A stretch of DNA of 64,000 nucleotides from an uncultured Verrucomicrobiae bacterium (GCA_963801815.1 CAWDGJ010000002.1:640001-704000); one strand, 5' to 3'; counted from the first letter of the stretch, positions 51,092-61,932 are shown. Numbers and translations: made by a program. The notes: generated by a model from the letters alone, not told the origin.

Positions 51092-53236
51092 TTAAAGGGA
51101 ACCAGTCGGCGAAGCCGCTGCCAACGCGCGAAGCCGGGAGACTTGGGCCAGCGTCGAACGCGCCTCATCATCGCGCCCCATCTTTGTCAGAATGTTCGAG
51201 AGCAAAATATACTGACTCGGTTGATCCGGCTGGCGAGCAATTGCGCGCCGCTGGATCCGGACTGCTTCGTCGAAACGTTTTTCATTGACCCGAATCAAAG
51301 CAATAAGCCGCAATGATTCGGCGTCGTGAACATCGAGCAAACTGGCAAAACCAAGCTCCGCCGCAGCCCGTTCAGGATCATTCTTCTGAGCATACAGATG
51401 GCCCAGCGCGAGAGCAGCGCCATGGTGCCACCAGTTTGCTCGTAGGAATTGTTCGACGATCGGTATTGCTGCGTCGGGACCTTCGTTCACCCGGCGCAAC
51501 TCCGACTCGAAACTAACAAGGTCCCACACATTCGGATACGAGGCGCGCGCGTCCGCCAAAATCTTCAACGCCGCCTGGTCGTCCTTCGCTTCATGCTTCA
51601 TCTGAGCAAGGTTTAACGCAGCCAGCCATGTTCGCGGGTAGTCATGCCGGGTAGTAACGGCGAGTTTGACCGTCGCATTGAGAAGTATTTCCGCCTCGCT
51701 CTTATTTCCCTGGAGCCTGAGTAACGCGGCAAGTGTGTTCCGGGCGGTTGAATAATCCGGCGTATTCTTCAGAATTTCCCGCAGTATTTTTTCTGCGGCT
51801 GCGTAGTCGCCACGACGGCCGTAAATTTGAGCAAGATTCACCGAGACCCGGCTGCTGTTGCCTCCCGCGGCTAGTGTTCTCTTATAAAAAACTTCTTCAT
51901 TCGCCCAATCACCGCTTCGGACAAAACTGCGTACACCCAATGCCATGGTCGCCACAATTGCCGCAAAACCGATCGTTCCTCGCCAGCGCGCTGGAACTTC
52001 AATCGCCCAGCCGGCTAGAAAAATAAGCATACCGACGCTTGGCAGATAGAGCCAATGCTCGGCAACGGTCGCATTCAGTTGAATGATGTTTGAGATCGGT
52101 AAAAAGGCAGCGAAAAACCAAATCGACCCAAATACTCGTATTCGCTGCCCCGGACCTTTCTTACAAGCGCCGTAAACAAACAGTGCGAGCAATACCAGGC
52201 CGAGGATCGACAAATACTCGATGCTAATTGTTCGTCGCCAGTCTGCATTCGAACGCCAGCTCACCGGTTCTACGACAGTGCGTTCCATGTGAAGGTTCGC
52301 GGGAAAAACCATCAGCCGGGCATAATCACCGAGCGCTCGCGCCATGAGCATTGCGCGGACCGGAGCGGTCCACCCGGCCTGCTGCGTGGCGCCCGCTGTC
52401 GGACGCTCTTCCGGCAGCTGTCGAAACGCGGCGTAAGCCGCAATTAAGGCGACGCAGCAAATAACCGCACCCAGCCGCCGCCGACGCGAGATTCCTCTTT
52501 CGATCCACAACAGATGCGCGACAAAAAGGATGATCCAAATGCAGGCTATCTCTCGGGAAAGTAACGCGAAGAGTCCGCTTGCGACAGATACTCCGTAAAA
52601 TGTCGAGCGAATGAGTCGCCGCGACGTCGTTTCAGCTTTCAGGAAGAGCAGCCAGGCGGCGGCGGCAGAGAAGAAAGCTAAACTGTCAGCCCGCCCGGAA
52701 ATGTAATCGACCGCTGCGCTGTGCGTAGGATGTACGACCCACAGCATCGCCACGAAAAAAGCTGCATTCGAAATCCAAGGCGCATGACGCTGCGGAAAGA
52801 TCGACCTTTCTCGAAGAAATGAACCGAGCAGATATCGAAGCAGGAAATAAAGCAAAATTCCGGACCCGGCATGCAACAAGGTGTTGGTGAGATGGAAGCC
52901 GAACTCGTCTGTGTTCCAGAAAAAATAGTCAAAGATTAAGGAGATGTTTTGGGCCGGGCGGTAATGAGCTGACATCGAGTCGAGAAACAAATGATGGCGA
53001 AACGTTTCCAGAATCAGATACGGACTCTTAATGAACGGATTATCTTGGGAGAGGTATTGATCATCCCATATCCGTTGGCCCTGCAACGCCGGTGCGTGAA
53101 CCAGGATTCCAACACACCCGAGAATGGCAGCGCGAAGCCAGTCGCTTTTTAAATACGCGCGAAGCTGCGACTGCGATCGCTGTCGACGCTGATCTACATC
53201 TTGGTCCGGCCTAACGAGTGGGATTGAGGCAGGCAT
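51092..53236 (-). CDS. GT-C membrane glycosyltransferase with C-terminal TPRs (TMTC-like)
   Basis: WDD after first TM, YRP, FHLTNTLLH, VHP, YISGRAD, AEHWLYLPS, then TPR repeats. Confidence 0.85.
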   Translation of the reverse strand: MPASIPLVRPDQDVDQRRQRSQSQLRAYLKSDWLRAAILGCVGILVHAPALQGQRIWDDQYLSQDNPFIKSPYLILETFRHHLFLDSMSAHYRPAQNISLIFDYFFWNTDEFGFHLTNTLLHAGSGILLYFLLRYLLGSFLRERSIFPQRHAPWISNAAFFVAMLWVVHPTHSAAVDYISGRADSLAFFSAAAAWLLFLKAETTSRRLIRSTFYGVSVASGLFALLSREIACIWIILFVAHLLWIERGISRRRRLGAVICCVALIAAYAAFRQLPEERPTAGATQQAGWTAPVRAMLMARALGDYARLMVFPANLHMERTVVEPVSWRSNADWRRTISIEYLSILGLVLLALFVYGACKKGPGQRIRVFGSIWFFAAFLPISNIIQLNATVAEHWLYLPSVGMLIFLAGWAIEVPARWRGTIGFAAIVATMALGVRSFVRSGDWANEEVFYKRTLAAGGNSSRVSVNLAQIYGRRGDYAAAEKILREILKNTPDYSTARNTLAALLRLQGNKSEAEILLNATVKLAVTTRHDYPRTWLAALNLAQMKHEAKDDQAALKILADARASYPNVWDLVSFESELRRVNEGPDAAIPIVEQFLRANWWHHGAALALGHLYAQKNDPERAAAELGFASLLDVHDAESLRLIALIRVNEKRFDEAVRIQRRAIARQPDQPSQYILLSNILTKMGRDDEARSTLAQVSRLRALAAASPTGSL

Positions 53237-53422
53237 TCAGTATTCGGTGCGGCTTGGAGCTTCAATAAAAATGAAAGGCGTTCATCCCTGTGTGAATGAA
53301 AACTTCCGACACAAAGCAACCGCGGTCAGGACGGGTGGTTAGCAGTTTTCTAAACATGAGCTGATTGCGATTTTGACTTCTGGTCAGACGAATCGCGATC
53401 ACCGGGCCGTTGCCCGTTTCTC

Positions 53423-53477
53423 ACGACTCATTCCCTGCCACTCCCGGTCGACCGCGAATGACAGGAGAATGAATCGT
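53423..53477 (-). terminator. Long hairpin immediately 3' of pilin
   Basis: Minus strand ACGATTCATTC-TCCTGTCATTC-GCGGTCGACCGG-GAGTGGCAGG-GAATGAGTCGT; mismatches become G-U pairs only on the minus strand. Confidence 0.65.
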
Positions 53478-53485
53478 CAGATTCC

Positions 53486-53887
53486 TTACGGACCGTATGG
53501 CGACCAGAACCCGGTGCTCGCTACGTCGGACAACACCGTGTAGTCGGCTGGCGGCACCTGCGGAATCGTGTCCACGGTCTGAGTACCGTAGGCCGTTCCC
53601 AGGAGGCTCTTGCCGTTATTGTAAAGGAGCGAACCCTTCTTCAGGTAGTTCGTCCAATCCGCAACTCCGACGAGATCGCCGGTTTTGCGGTTTGTTTCGA
53701 TCGCGTACTGGTCAACCGCTGAGTCGATCATGCGCAGATCGTTCAGAATACGGCTGGCCTGTGAGCGTTTGCGCGCCCGGAGAAATCCGGGAACGGCAAT
53801 CGCGGCGAGTAACGCGATGATCGCAACTACGATCATGATTTCCACGAGGGTGAAACCCGCGCGGCGTTTATTGATGGCGTTTAACAT
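53486..53887 (-). CDS. Type IV pilin / prepilin-type protein
   Basis: Class III signal MLNAINKRRAG|FTLVEIMIVVAIIALLAAIAVP with Glu5. Confidence 0.93.
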   Translation of the reverse strand: MLNAINKRRAGFTLVEIMIVVAIIALLAAIAVPGFLRARKRSQASRILNDLRMIDSAVDQYAIETNRKTGDLVGVADWTNYLKKGSLLYNNGKSLLGTAYGTQTVDTIPQVPPADYTVLSDVASTGFWSPYGP

Positions 53888-53954
53888 GCTATTGCTTTCT
53901 TTTGTTTGTTTGACTGCGCTCCACGATCTCCGATCGCGAAGTGAGCCAAATGTG

Positions 53955-53971
53955 AGCAGTGTTAATGCCAA
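53955..53971 (-). promoter_or_regulatory. Sigma54 (-24/-12)-like promoter for pilin
   Basis: Minus strand TTGGCATTAACACTGCT: GG-N10-GC, ~70 bp upstream of pilin ATG. Confidence 0.6.
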
Positions 53972-55814
53972 CATCCCTGAAAACTAAGCCCCGAGCCGGG
54001 CGCTTCTTCCTAGGGCCAGATAGCCTGATTTTCCTCGTCGCCTTCGTCGATCGCCTATGGGCCCTTCTGCGGCTGACCCATTCAGCCCTTTTGATCCCCT
54101 CGCGGGGCGACATGCATTTTTACAACGACTGGGCGAGGCAAATCCTCCATGGACAATTCAGCCAGCCCCTCGCCTTTTATGGGCTACCCGGCTACGCCTA
54201 CCTCCTTGCGGGTCTCTACAAGGTCTTCGGCGAAAATCCCTTTATTCCGGGGTTGCTGCAGGCTGCTTTGGACGCTGGGACGGCCGTTCTCATCTTTCGC
54301 ATCTGCCTAGCCGTGTTAACACCTATTGGGTCGATGCCTATCGCCAAAGCGAGCATCGGAATCGCGCTGGCGCGGTCGGATGGGCGTTTTTCGTTCCCGC
54401 CCAAGCTTACTCAATCGTCCTCATGCCGACCACTTGGTTCGTTTTCGTTTTTTGGTTCGTGGTCTGGCGACTCGTCCGGACAAACGCGGCCCCAGCGGCT
54501 CTCGAGTGTTTTTTTCTCGCGGTCCTCGTCGGCATCGTGGCAACAGCGGTGGCCACAGTGCTCGCCGTTATTCCGCTAATGCTCGCAGCCATCGTCTTCA
54601 AGAAGGGAAACGGCGAGCGGCGGAGATTAATGACGCGCATCTTACTGTTGGTCGTCGGTCTGGTGCTCGGTACTTCGCCCTGTTGGGTGCACAATTATTT
54701 CATCGCGCACGATCCGGTCGCGTTGTCTGCCCACAGCGGCATCAACTTTTGGATCGGCAATAATCCTCAAGCCAACGGCTACCCGCGTTTTCCGCCAGGA
54801 TTACGTGCCGGCCAGGCTGCCATGCTTCAGGATTCCATCGATCAGGCTGAAGCGGCTGCCGGTCATTCCCTCAAACACGCGGAGGTCTCCGGCTATTGGT
54901 CGAGCAAAGCGAGAAACTTTATCGCTACCCAATTCAGCGACTGGTTGAAACTGCTGGGACTAAAGCTACGCAATTTTTGGAGCGCGTTTCAGTACGACGA
55001 TCTCAGCATCATCACGATTCTGCGCGAGGAAGGAGTGATTTTGCCTGGTCTTTATTTTGGCGTAGTCGCCGCCCTCGCGATTCCGGGAATTATTTTGGCC
55101 TGGCGTATCGCATCGGCATCGCGGTGGGTTCTTTCGGCGATCTTCTTGTCGATGATCTCGTTGCTGCCCGTTTTCGTCACCGAACGTTATCGACTCATCG
55201 TCGTGCCCGGTCTGGTGATTTTCGCGTTGGTCGGGTTATTGACCTTATGGCAGAAGATCGTCGTCGGCGACCTGCGGGCTGCGGCTCTGTACCTGGTGAT
55301 TCTTTTCCCATCAACAATGTTCGTTGCGTGGCCGCAACGTGATCCGTCGCTTTGGGCGCTGGACGCCTATAACGCTGGTTGGCAGGCGCTGGAATCAAAC
55401 AGTTTGGCGCTGGCCGAGAAGAAACTCGCCATCGCACATGCTTACGTCCCTGAAAATTCCGAAACCCTTTTTGCAATCGGTAATCTGCGCTTAGCGCAAA
55501 ACAATCCAGAAGCCGCTACTTCTTTTTATCGGGCCGTGCTGAAACTCGACACCCGGCACAAAGGCGCGTTCAACAATCTCGGAATCATCGCTCTCGAAGC
55601 CACCGATTACGAAACGGCCGAGACTTGGTTTCGACATGCCGCCGAGGTCGATCCTCGCAACGCCAAAACCCATTTTCTGCTTGCGAAAACTTTTCTCGGC
55701 AAAAAAGACCCTGCTGCTGCGCGCGCTGAAATCGACGCAGCGATCGCCCTCAAATCCGACCAGCCGGAGTTCATCGAGCTGAAAACCGAGATCGACAACC
55801 AGTTACTCCGCTGA
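53965..55814 (+). CDS. GT-C (ArnT/PMT-like) membrane glycosyltransferase with TPR tail; indel near 54370
   Basis: GDMHFY after TM1, PGYAY, PCWVHNY, GINFWIGNNP, ERYRL, C-terminal TPRs. Confidence 0.82.
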
Positions 55815-55862
55815 TCCCCTGGCAGGGTTCGAGGGGCACTGAAGCTGCTGAGCTTCGGCACG

Positions 55863-57176
55863 ATGGAACTCTCTCTTCGGCGCGACTTGCAATTCGCAGC
55901 AGCTGAGACGAACCCCAGCGGGTTACGCACGCTTGCGGAGAATTCGCGGATTCGCCAGCAAAATGTTCTGATCATTGGAGCAGCGTTTGTTGGGTTCGTG
56001 CTAAAGCTAGCGATTGCTTTCAACACGTTCGGCACAAATGACGTCGCCGCTTTCTATATGTTCGCCGGATCGCTCCGCGAACACGGCTTGGAATGGACTT
56101 ACCGAAACGGTGTCATTTTTTTCTCGAATTTTCCTGTCTTCAATCATCCGCCAGTAACGGCCTACTATCTCGAGCTGATCGACCATCTTTCGAAGAATCC
56201 GCTACTTAGAGACTACGGCGTCACGTTTCCGTTTCTACTTCGGCTGCCGGGAATCATCGCTGATTTGATATCAGTTCTCGTTCTCGCGGCAATTCGCAAC
56301 ACGACTCCGACCCGCCAAATCCCAATGTGGGCAATGCTGCTCTTCGCCTTGAGTCCGGTCTCGATCATGGTTTCCGGGTTTCACGGGAACACGGATCCGA
56401 TAATGGTGATGTTCCTGATTGTTTCGGCCTACATGTGTTTGCGTGAGCGGCCAGTGCTTTGCGGAATTTTCTTCGCCTTGAGTTGTCAGATCAAAATCAT
56501 TCCGCTCCTTCTGTTACCGATTCCCTATTTCTTTTGGCTGAAACGCGGGACCGCCAGGCGATTTGTCGTTCCGTTCACGCTTTTGAGCATCGTATTGTGG
56601 ATACAACCGGTGACACAATTTCCCGCGCTTTTTCTTCGAAATGTTTTTTCCTACAACGGTTATTGGGGCAGCTGGGGAATCAGCTATTGGCTGAAATTAA
56701 CCCACTGGTCCCAGCTCGACGGCGGTTTTTTCAATCTCCCGACTGGCGCGGCTGCTATTTCATGGACACTGAAAATCGGGATTGTGGGTACGATAATTCT
56801 ACTGGCCTGGCGTCGACGCCACCTTTCTGACCGGGCGCTCCTGGATTCGTTCGCCTACGCGTGGGTTGTTTTCTTCGTCTTCGCTCCAAGCATTGGTTCG
56901 CAATATCTGGTTTGGCTGGCACCATTCATTCTCCTGCTTTCTCCGAAGTTTTACGGCTGGCTCACCCTCAGCACCACGTTAGCTCTCTTTTTTCTTTACA
57001 ACGATCTCACGGGCGGGTTGCCGTGGTACATCGGCATCGCCAGAAACAACTCCAACGGAATGGCCCCAATGGTTGCTTGGGGAATTTGGCCATGGGCAAC
57101 CCTGCTTGTTGGCGTGGCTCTTTTTTGGAAAGACGCGATCATGAGCCATGCGCATTTGCGCGCCGAGAGGGCGTAG
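55863..57176 (+). CDS. GT87/GT-C-like membrane glycosyltransferase
   Basis: GTNDV, FNHPP, LSPVSI...HGNTDP, QIKIIP, QYLVWLAPF; ~10 TMs. Confidence 0.8.
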   Translation: MELSLRRDLQFAAAETNPSGLRTLAENSRIRQQNVLIIGAAFVGFVLKLAIAFNTFGTNDVAAFYMFAGSLREHGLEWTYRNGVIFFSNFPVFNHPPVTAYYLELIDHLSKNPLLRDYGVTFPFLLRLPGIIADLISVLVLAAIRNTTPTRQIPMWAMLLFALSPVSIMVSGFHGNTDPIMVMFLIVSAYMCLRERPVLCGIFFALSCQIKIIPLLLLPIPYFFWLKRGTARRFVVPFTLLSIVLWIQPVTQFPALFLRNVFSYNGYWGSWGISYWLKLTHWSQLDGGFFNLPTGAAAISWTLKIGIVGTIILLAWRRRHLSDRALLDSFAYAWVVFFVFAPSIGSQYLVWLAPFILLLSPKFYGWLTLSTTLALFFLYNDLTGGLPWYIGIARNNSNGMAPMVAWGIWPWATLLVGVALFWKDAIMSHAHLRAERA

Positions 57177-57179
57177 ATC

Positions 57180-58451
57180 ATGACCGAACCCCGGCTCGGC
57201 ATTCGTAAGATCGAGATCCTGTTGTTGGCGATCATATTCGTCGGCGGAATTTTTCTTCGAATCACCCCGCAGGCTTTTTCTCCGGGTGCAATGCTAAACG
57301 CGCTGGCCCCGATTCATCCCGAGCCGGCCTACAAAAAGTTGGGCTTTGATGAGGAGCTTTATCGCAAGTACGTAGACGCTCTCACCCAGGAAGGACTGAG
57401 TTCGTATCCCGGACTCGTTGAAGCCTACATCGAAGCGCAGCCAGAACTTAAGGGGCCCGTTCTTCCGCCGGTCCGCTTTCTCTACATCTTTACCGGTTAT
57501 TTATGGCACTCGTTGTTCGGAGTCGAAACACTTGAAGGTCTTCGTCAGATCGCGTCGTTGTTTAGTATCCTGACCCTGATATTGGCAACGGCGTTTGCAT
57601 GGCGGTTACGCGGCCCGAAATGGGCCTGCGCCATCGCGGCCTTGATGGCATTCGCGCCGACGCAGCTCCACATGTCCCAACACGCGCTAATCGACGGTTT
57701 CTTCACCTTCTGGGCGCTGCTCGCACTTTGGTTACTCTGGGAAAACTTAACCGTGCCGAATGATTGGCGACGACTCCTCGCTTATGGCATTGGTCTCGCC
57801 CTGCTTGTCATCACAAAAGAGAATTCGTTTTTCTTCTGGCTGGCGATTGTTGCGTTGATCATTGCCAACCGCTGGCTGCAATTCGGAACTACTACCCGTT
57901 CGCTGTTGCTCGTCACAGTTGCCGGTCCGCTACTCGGAGTCGTGATCCTCGCTTTCTTATCGGGCGGTTTTGGCACCTTGATCGAGACATATCGCTTGCT
58001 CGTGACCAAAGCGTCCACGGCACGATACGCCATTCTGACTGGCGACGGACCGTGGTATCGCTACCTGGTCGATCTGATGCTCGTCAGTCCGATCATTCTG
58101 GCTCTCGCGATTGGCGCAGTGTTCAGACTGAATCGAGCGATGAAGCCGGAGCTTTATTTCGCGATCTTTATTGCCGCGAGTTATGTCGTGATGTGCAACG
58201 TGAAATATGGAATGAACCTGCGCTATGCCAACATGTGGGACATGCCGCTGCGGTTTCTCGCGCTGAGTTGCCTTTCCAGTCTCGTTGAACCGTTCGCTCG
58301 TTACCGGAATCTAATCTTCGGTGTCGCGGTGGCGCTGATCGCCGCTTTTGAGTTCCATCAATACATCATTCTGGCAGTGCGTTACCCGCTCTACGAGTTG
58401 ATCACGCACGACATTCTTCAGGCGCTAAGAATCCTGAAAACACCTTACTAG
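57180..58451 (+). CDS. GT39/ArnT-like membrane glycosyltransferase
   Basis: GFDEELY acidic motif, PPVR, SQHALID, TKE, GPWYRY, LRY; multiple TMs. Confidence 0.8.
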   Translation: MTEPRLGIRKIEILLLAIIFVGGIFLRITPQAFSPGAMLNALAPIHPEPAYKKLGFDEELYRKYVDALTQEGLSSYPGLVEAYIEAQPELKGPVLPPVRFLYIFTGYLWHSLFGVETLEGLRQIASLFSILTLILATAFAWRLRGPKWACAIAALMAFAPTQLHMSQHALIDGFFTFWALLALWLLWENLTVPNDWRRLLAYGIGLALLVITKENSFFFWLAIVALIIANRWLQFGTTTRSLLLVTVAGPLLGVVILAFLSGGFGTLIETYRLLVTKASTARYAILTGDGPWYRYLVDLMLVSPIILALAIGAVFRLNRAMKPELYFAIFIAASYVVMCNVKYGMNLRYANMWDMPLRFLALSCLSSLVEPFARYRNLIFGVAVALIAAFEFHQYIILAVRYPLYELITHDILQALRILKTPY

Positions 58452-58460
58452 CTCTCGCGA

Positions 58461-60008
58461 TCAAGCGGCTCGGATCAGCGCTTCGGCCTTTGATCCGCTG
58501 CTGGAAATCGTTTCCTGCAGCAAATTGTTGACGGTTGGACGCGCTTCCGCCCGGATGAAAATCTGGTAAGCGAAAAGACCCTTGCTCAAACGAATCAGCA
58601 CCGCGTTCAGCGTCAAGAGCAGTCGCGACAGAAACGTTCGGCCCAACGCGAGCGGAAACGGCGCAGGAATCCCACGCAATTCGAGAATCTTGTAGCCTGA
58701 CTGAGTTAACAGTTCGCTAATCGACCGGAACGTGAACAAACGCGTATGGGTCACGTCCAGAATTCCCTTTTTGCCGTAATTGAGCTGACCGAGCGTCAGC
58801 ATGAATCGAGTCGCAAAAAATCCGATGTTCGCCGTGGTCAAGATGATCTCCGGCCGCTTGCAACCGGTCGCGAACCGCAGTTCATCCATAAAATGCGCCG
58901 GATCCTTCAAATGTTCGATGATATCGAGCAAAAAAATCTGATCGAATTGCGAAACGTTGATTGGAAATTCGGCGCGATCCAAATCCCAGCGGACGAAATC
59001 CATGTTCTTCCGTCGCACATCGTCACTCGGAATGTAACGATCCAATCCGGTGACGTGGCAGCCGAGCTTCGCAAACTCAGCGCCGACCCGGCCTTGGCCG
59101 CAACCGATATCTAAAATTCTGCGGCCCGGTTTGGCCGCCGCGATCGCCGCGGTATGCGAGGAAGCGTATCCGAGCTTTAGATGATAAATCTCCTCGACCG
59201 CCTCAACGTCGTAGCGTCGATCGTAAAAGAGTGACAACTGACACAACCGTGCCCGCACCGTGGTTTTGAAAATATTCCAGGCGTACTTCATCGCGTCGCG
59301 GTAAGGAATTCCGTCGCCGTAAAACATTGGAATGGCCGCTTCCAGAATTCGGAGTTTCTTCAACAGGAATTGAATGACGATCTCAGTGTCGAAATGGAAA
59401 TCGTTCGTGTTTTTCTCAAACGGGATTTGGGCAAGAGCGCGGGTCGCGTAAATCCGATAACCGCAGTGAAAATCCGAAAGCTCCGTGCCGAGCACAGCGT
59501 TCTCGAACGCCGTAAACACGCGATTGCCGATCCATTTGCCAAAAGGCATGCCTGCTCGCAGGGCCGCATGTTTGTCGATCAATCGCGAGCCCAGCACCGC
59601 GTCCGTTTTGTCCTCGATCACCGGTTTCAGTAACGCTGGCAATTTCTCTGGAGCGTATTTTCCATCGCCATGGAGTAATGCGACGATGTCGAACCCGTTG
59701 TCTATCGCGTACCGGTAACCGAGCTTCTGATTGCCTCCATAACCCTGGTTTTCGGGTGTGCGCAGGACGGTGATTTTGAATTCCGAGTTCTGCTGCTGAT
59801 AGCCGACGCCGCGAGCAAAGGTTTCGTCGCTTGAAGAATCGTCGATGATCAGCACTTCGGTGTCGTTCGTCCGCAACGCTGGCGGGATCCGGCGCAACAC
59901 TTTTTCGATCGTCGCTTCGGCGTTGTAAGCGACGATGAAAATTAGCAGCCGTTTGTCGGCAAGATCGACATCCTCGGACGCAAAACGATCCAGCTCGTTT
60001 AGACGCAT
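58461..60008 (-). CDS. GT2 (polyprenyl-phosphate sugar synthase-like) fused to class I methyltransferase
   Basis: IVAYNAE, IIDDSSSD, NQGYGGNQK, HGDGKY, GYRIY, FDTE; C-terminal LDIGCGQG, DIIEHL, DVTHTRLFT. Confidence 0.9.
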   Translation of the reverse strand: MRLNELDRFASEDVDLADKRLLIFIVAYNAEATIEKVLRRIPPALRTNDTEVLIIDDSSSDETFARGVGYQQQNSEFKITVLRTPENQGYGGNQKLGYRYAIDNGFDIVALLHGDGKYAPEKLPALLKPVIEDKTDAVLGSRLIDKHAALRAGMPFGKWIGNRVFTAFENAVLGTELSDFHCGYRIYATRALAQIPFEKNTNDFHFDTEIVIQFLLKKLRILEAAIPMFYGDGIPYRDAMKYAWNIFKTTVRARLCQLSLFYDRRYDVEAVEEIYHLKLGYASSHTAAIAAAKPGRRILDIGCGQGRVGAEFAKLGCHVTGLDRYIPSDDVRRKNMDFVRWDLDRAEFPINVSQFDQIFLLDIIEHLKDPAHFMDELRFATGCKRPEIILTTANIGFFATRFMLTLGQLNYGKKGILDVTHTRLFTFRSISELLTQSGYKILELRGIPAPFPLALGRTFLSRLLLTLNAVLIRLSKGLFAYQIFIRAEARPTVNNLLQETISSSGSKAEALIRAA

Positions 60009-60083
60009 GCCTCTCCGGCAGCTAGAACCGCGCCAGCCGATTGTCAGCTGACGAATCGGGCGTGATCCGGTTGACGAGAAACT

Positions 60084-61859
60084 TTAGGACAATGCCGAAT
60101 CGGCGGCTGCGAGGATGAGTTTGTCGTCATTATCGCCCAGATCAGCAAGAAAACTGCGGATTCTTCGGAACGATTGCCTCAGGAAAAGCTCGGCCGCGGT
60201 GTTCTTCTGCGACGGCGATCCCCCATTTCGCTGGGAAAATTGAATCTCCGCATCCCATCGGCTCAGCGTTGCCGCTGATGCGAATAAATCCATCGCCGCG
60301 CCGGCAATTCGTTCCTGCACCAGCTGCATGTCCAGAATCGGTTCGCGATAAAGGATCAGGGACTTGTTGACTGCCAGGTTGAACCGCCAGATCAATCGCC
60401 CGAGCTGGTTAGCCAATGATTTCAGTTCGGCGCTGCGCACGGGCACGTCAGGAATTCGCACAGTAGCGCCGAGACGATTCATGCCCGCGCTCCAAGCTTT
60501 GCCGATTCCGCCTTCGCGCGTCGGTTTCAACACTGTGTCGTAAATTTCCTTGAACTCCATGCCCGGCCCACGCATCCCGACAAGCGCGACGAATGATTTC
60601 AGAACTTCGTTGCTGCCTTCGCCGATCTGGTTGATGCGCGCGTCGCGCAACATTCGCTCGAGTGGACAATCGGTCATGTAAGCCGCGCCGCCATGGATCT
60701 GAAAAGCTTCGTTTACGCATTCCCACAGCAGCTCGGTCGTGAAGACTTTCAACATCGCGGTTTCGACCATGTAATCTTCGAGGCCGCGATCGATCAGCGA
60801 CGCCGTGATCGTCGTCATCGCTTCCATTGCATACGCGTCGGCCGCGATCCGCGCGATTTTCTTTTTCACCAAGTGAAAGTTGGCGAGCGTCTTATTGAAC
60901 TGTTTGCGAGTGTTCGCGTGGTTAATCGCAAGTTGTAAGCAAGTCTTCGCCGCACCGGTGCAGCACGCGCCAAACGTGGTGCGTCCAAAATCAAGAACTG
61001 TCAGCGCGACTTTCAAACCTTTGCCGAACGGTCCAAGAATATTTTCTTTCGGCACCCTGACGTTGCGCAATGCGAACCGGCCAGTCGCCGTTCCGCGGAT
61101 TCCCATTTTTTCCATTCGCGGCTCAATCAGGTCGAAACCTGGCATATCGGGCGTAACCAAAAACGCAGTGATCGCGTCCTTGCCCGGTTTCCCCGGGACT
61201 GGCGTGCGGGCCATTACCGTTAAAACATGCGCGATCGCGGTGTTAGTGATGTAGCGCTTTTCACCATTCAATATGTAATGGGACCCGTCTTCGCTCGGTG
61301 TTGCCGTCATTTGCACGTTGGCGGCATCCGAGCCTGCTTCACGTTCCGTCAATGCGAATGCTCCGAGCCATTCGCCTGTGCAAAGCTTGGGCAGCCATTT
61401 CTGTTTTTGCTCATGCGTTCCGAACAACAAAAGCGCGCGAATTCCTATCGAATGATGCGCATTTACAAAAACCGATGTTGATGCGCAACGAGTCCCTAGT
61501 TCTTCCAAAATCTTCGTGTTCGCCAGCTGTGAAAAATCGTGGCCGCCGTACTCTGCCGGCGCGGTCATCCCCAACACGCCGACTCGCCCAAGGCCGTCAA
61601 TCACTTCCCGCGGAATGTCTGCCTGTCGATCAATCGCCGTCGGATCGAGCTTGGCGTCGAGAAATGCGCGCAACTCCTTCAACGTTTGATCGAGCTGAGT
61701 TTGCTGCGCCTCTAGGATCCGCGGATACGGCATCACCCAGTCGGACACGAAGTGCCCGGCGAACAGGCCTTTGACGAAACCAAGGGCCTGCGGGCCGGTG
61801 AACAACAGCTCCTCGGCCTGCTGCATTTCCTTCTGTCTTTGGAGTTCCGCTTCAGTCAT
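60084..61859 (-). CDS. Acyl-CoA dehydrogenase (ACAD9/VLCAD-like)
   Basis: AFALTEREAGSDA, LNGEKRYIT, KMGIRG, RKQF, QIHGG, RDARINQIGEG. Confidence 0.95.
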   Translation of the reverse strand: MTEAELQRQKEMQQAEELLFTGPQALGFVKGLFAGHFVSDWVMPYPRILEAQQTQLDQTLKELRAFLDAKLDPTAIDRQADIPREVIDGLGRVGVLGMTAPAEYGGHDFSQLANTKILEELGTRCASTSVFVNAHHSIGIRALLLFGTHEQKQKWLPKLCTGEWLGAFALTEREAGSDAANVQMTATPSEDGSHYILNGEKRYITNTAIAHVLTVMARTPVPGKPGKDAITAFLVTPDMPGFDLIEPRMEKMGIRGTATGRFALRNVRVPKENILGPFGKGLKVALTVLDFGRTTFGACCTGAAKTCLQLAINHANTRKQFNKTLANFHLVKKKIARIAADAYAMEAMTTITASLIDRGLEDYMVETAMLKVFTTELLWECVNEAFQIHGGAAYMTDCPLERMLRDARINQIGEGSNEVLKSFVALVGMRGPGMEFKEIYDTVLKPTREGGIGKAWSAGMNRLGATVRIPDVPVRSAELKSLANQLGRLIWRFNLAVNKSLILYREPILDMQLVQERIAGAAMDLFASAATLSRWDAEIQFSQRNGGSPSQKNTAAELFLRQSFRRIRSFLADLGDNDDKLILAAADSALS

Positions 61860-61876
61860 AGGCAATTTATTACGCC

Positions 61877-61932
61877 GTAGGTCGCCGCGGCGACCCAAGC
61901 CGAGAGCGACCGCCGTCGAACGAACGGCGGTC
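61877..61932. repeat. Two GC-rich hairpins between nrdJ and acyl-CoA dehydrogenase
   Basis: GTA-GGTCGCC-GC-GGCGACC and GACCGCCGT-N7-ACGGCGGTC. Confidence 0.5.
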
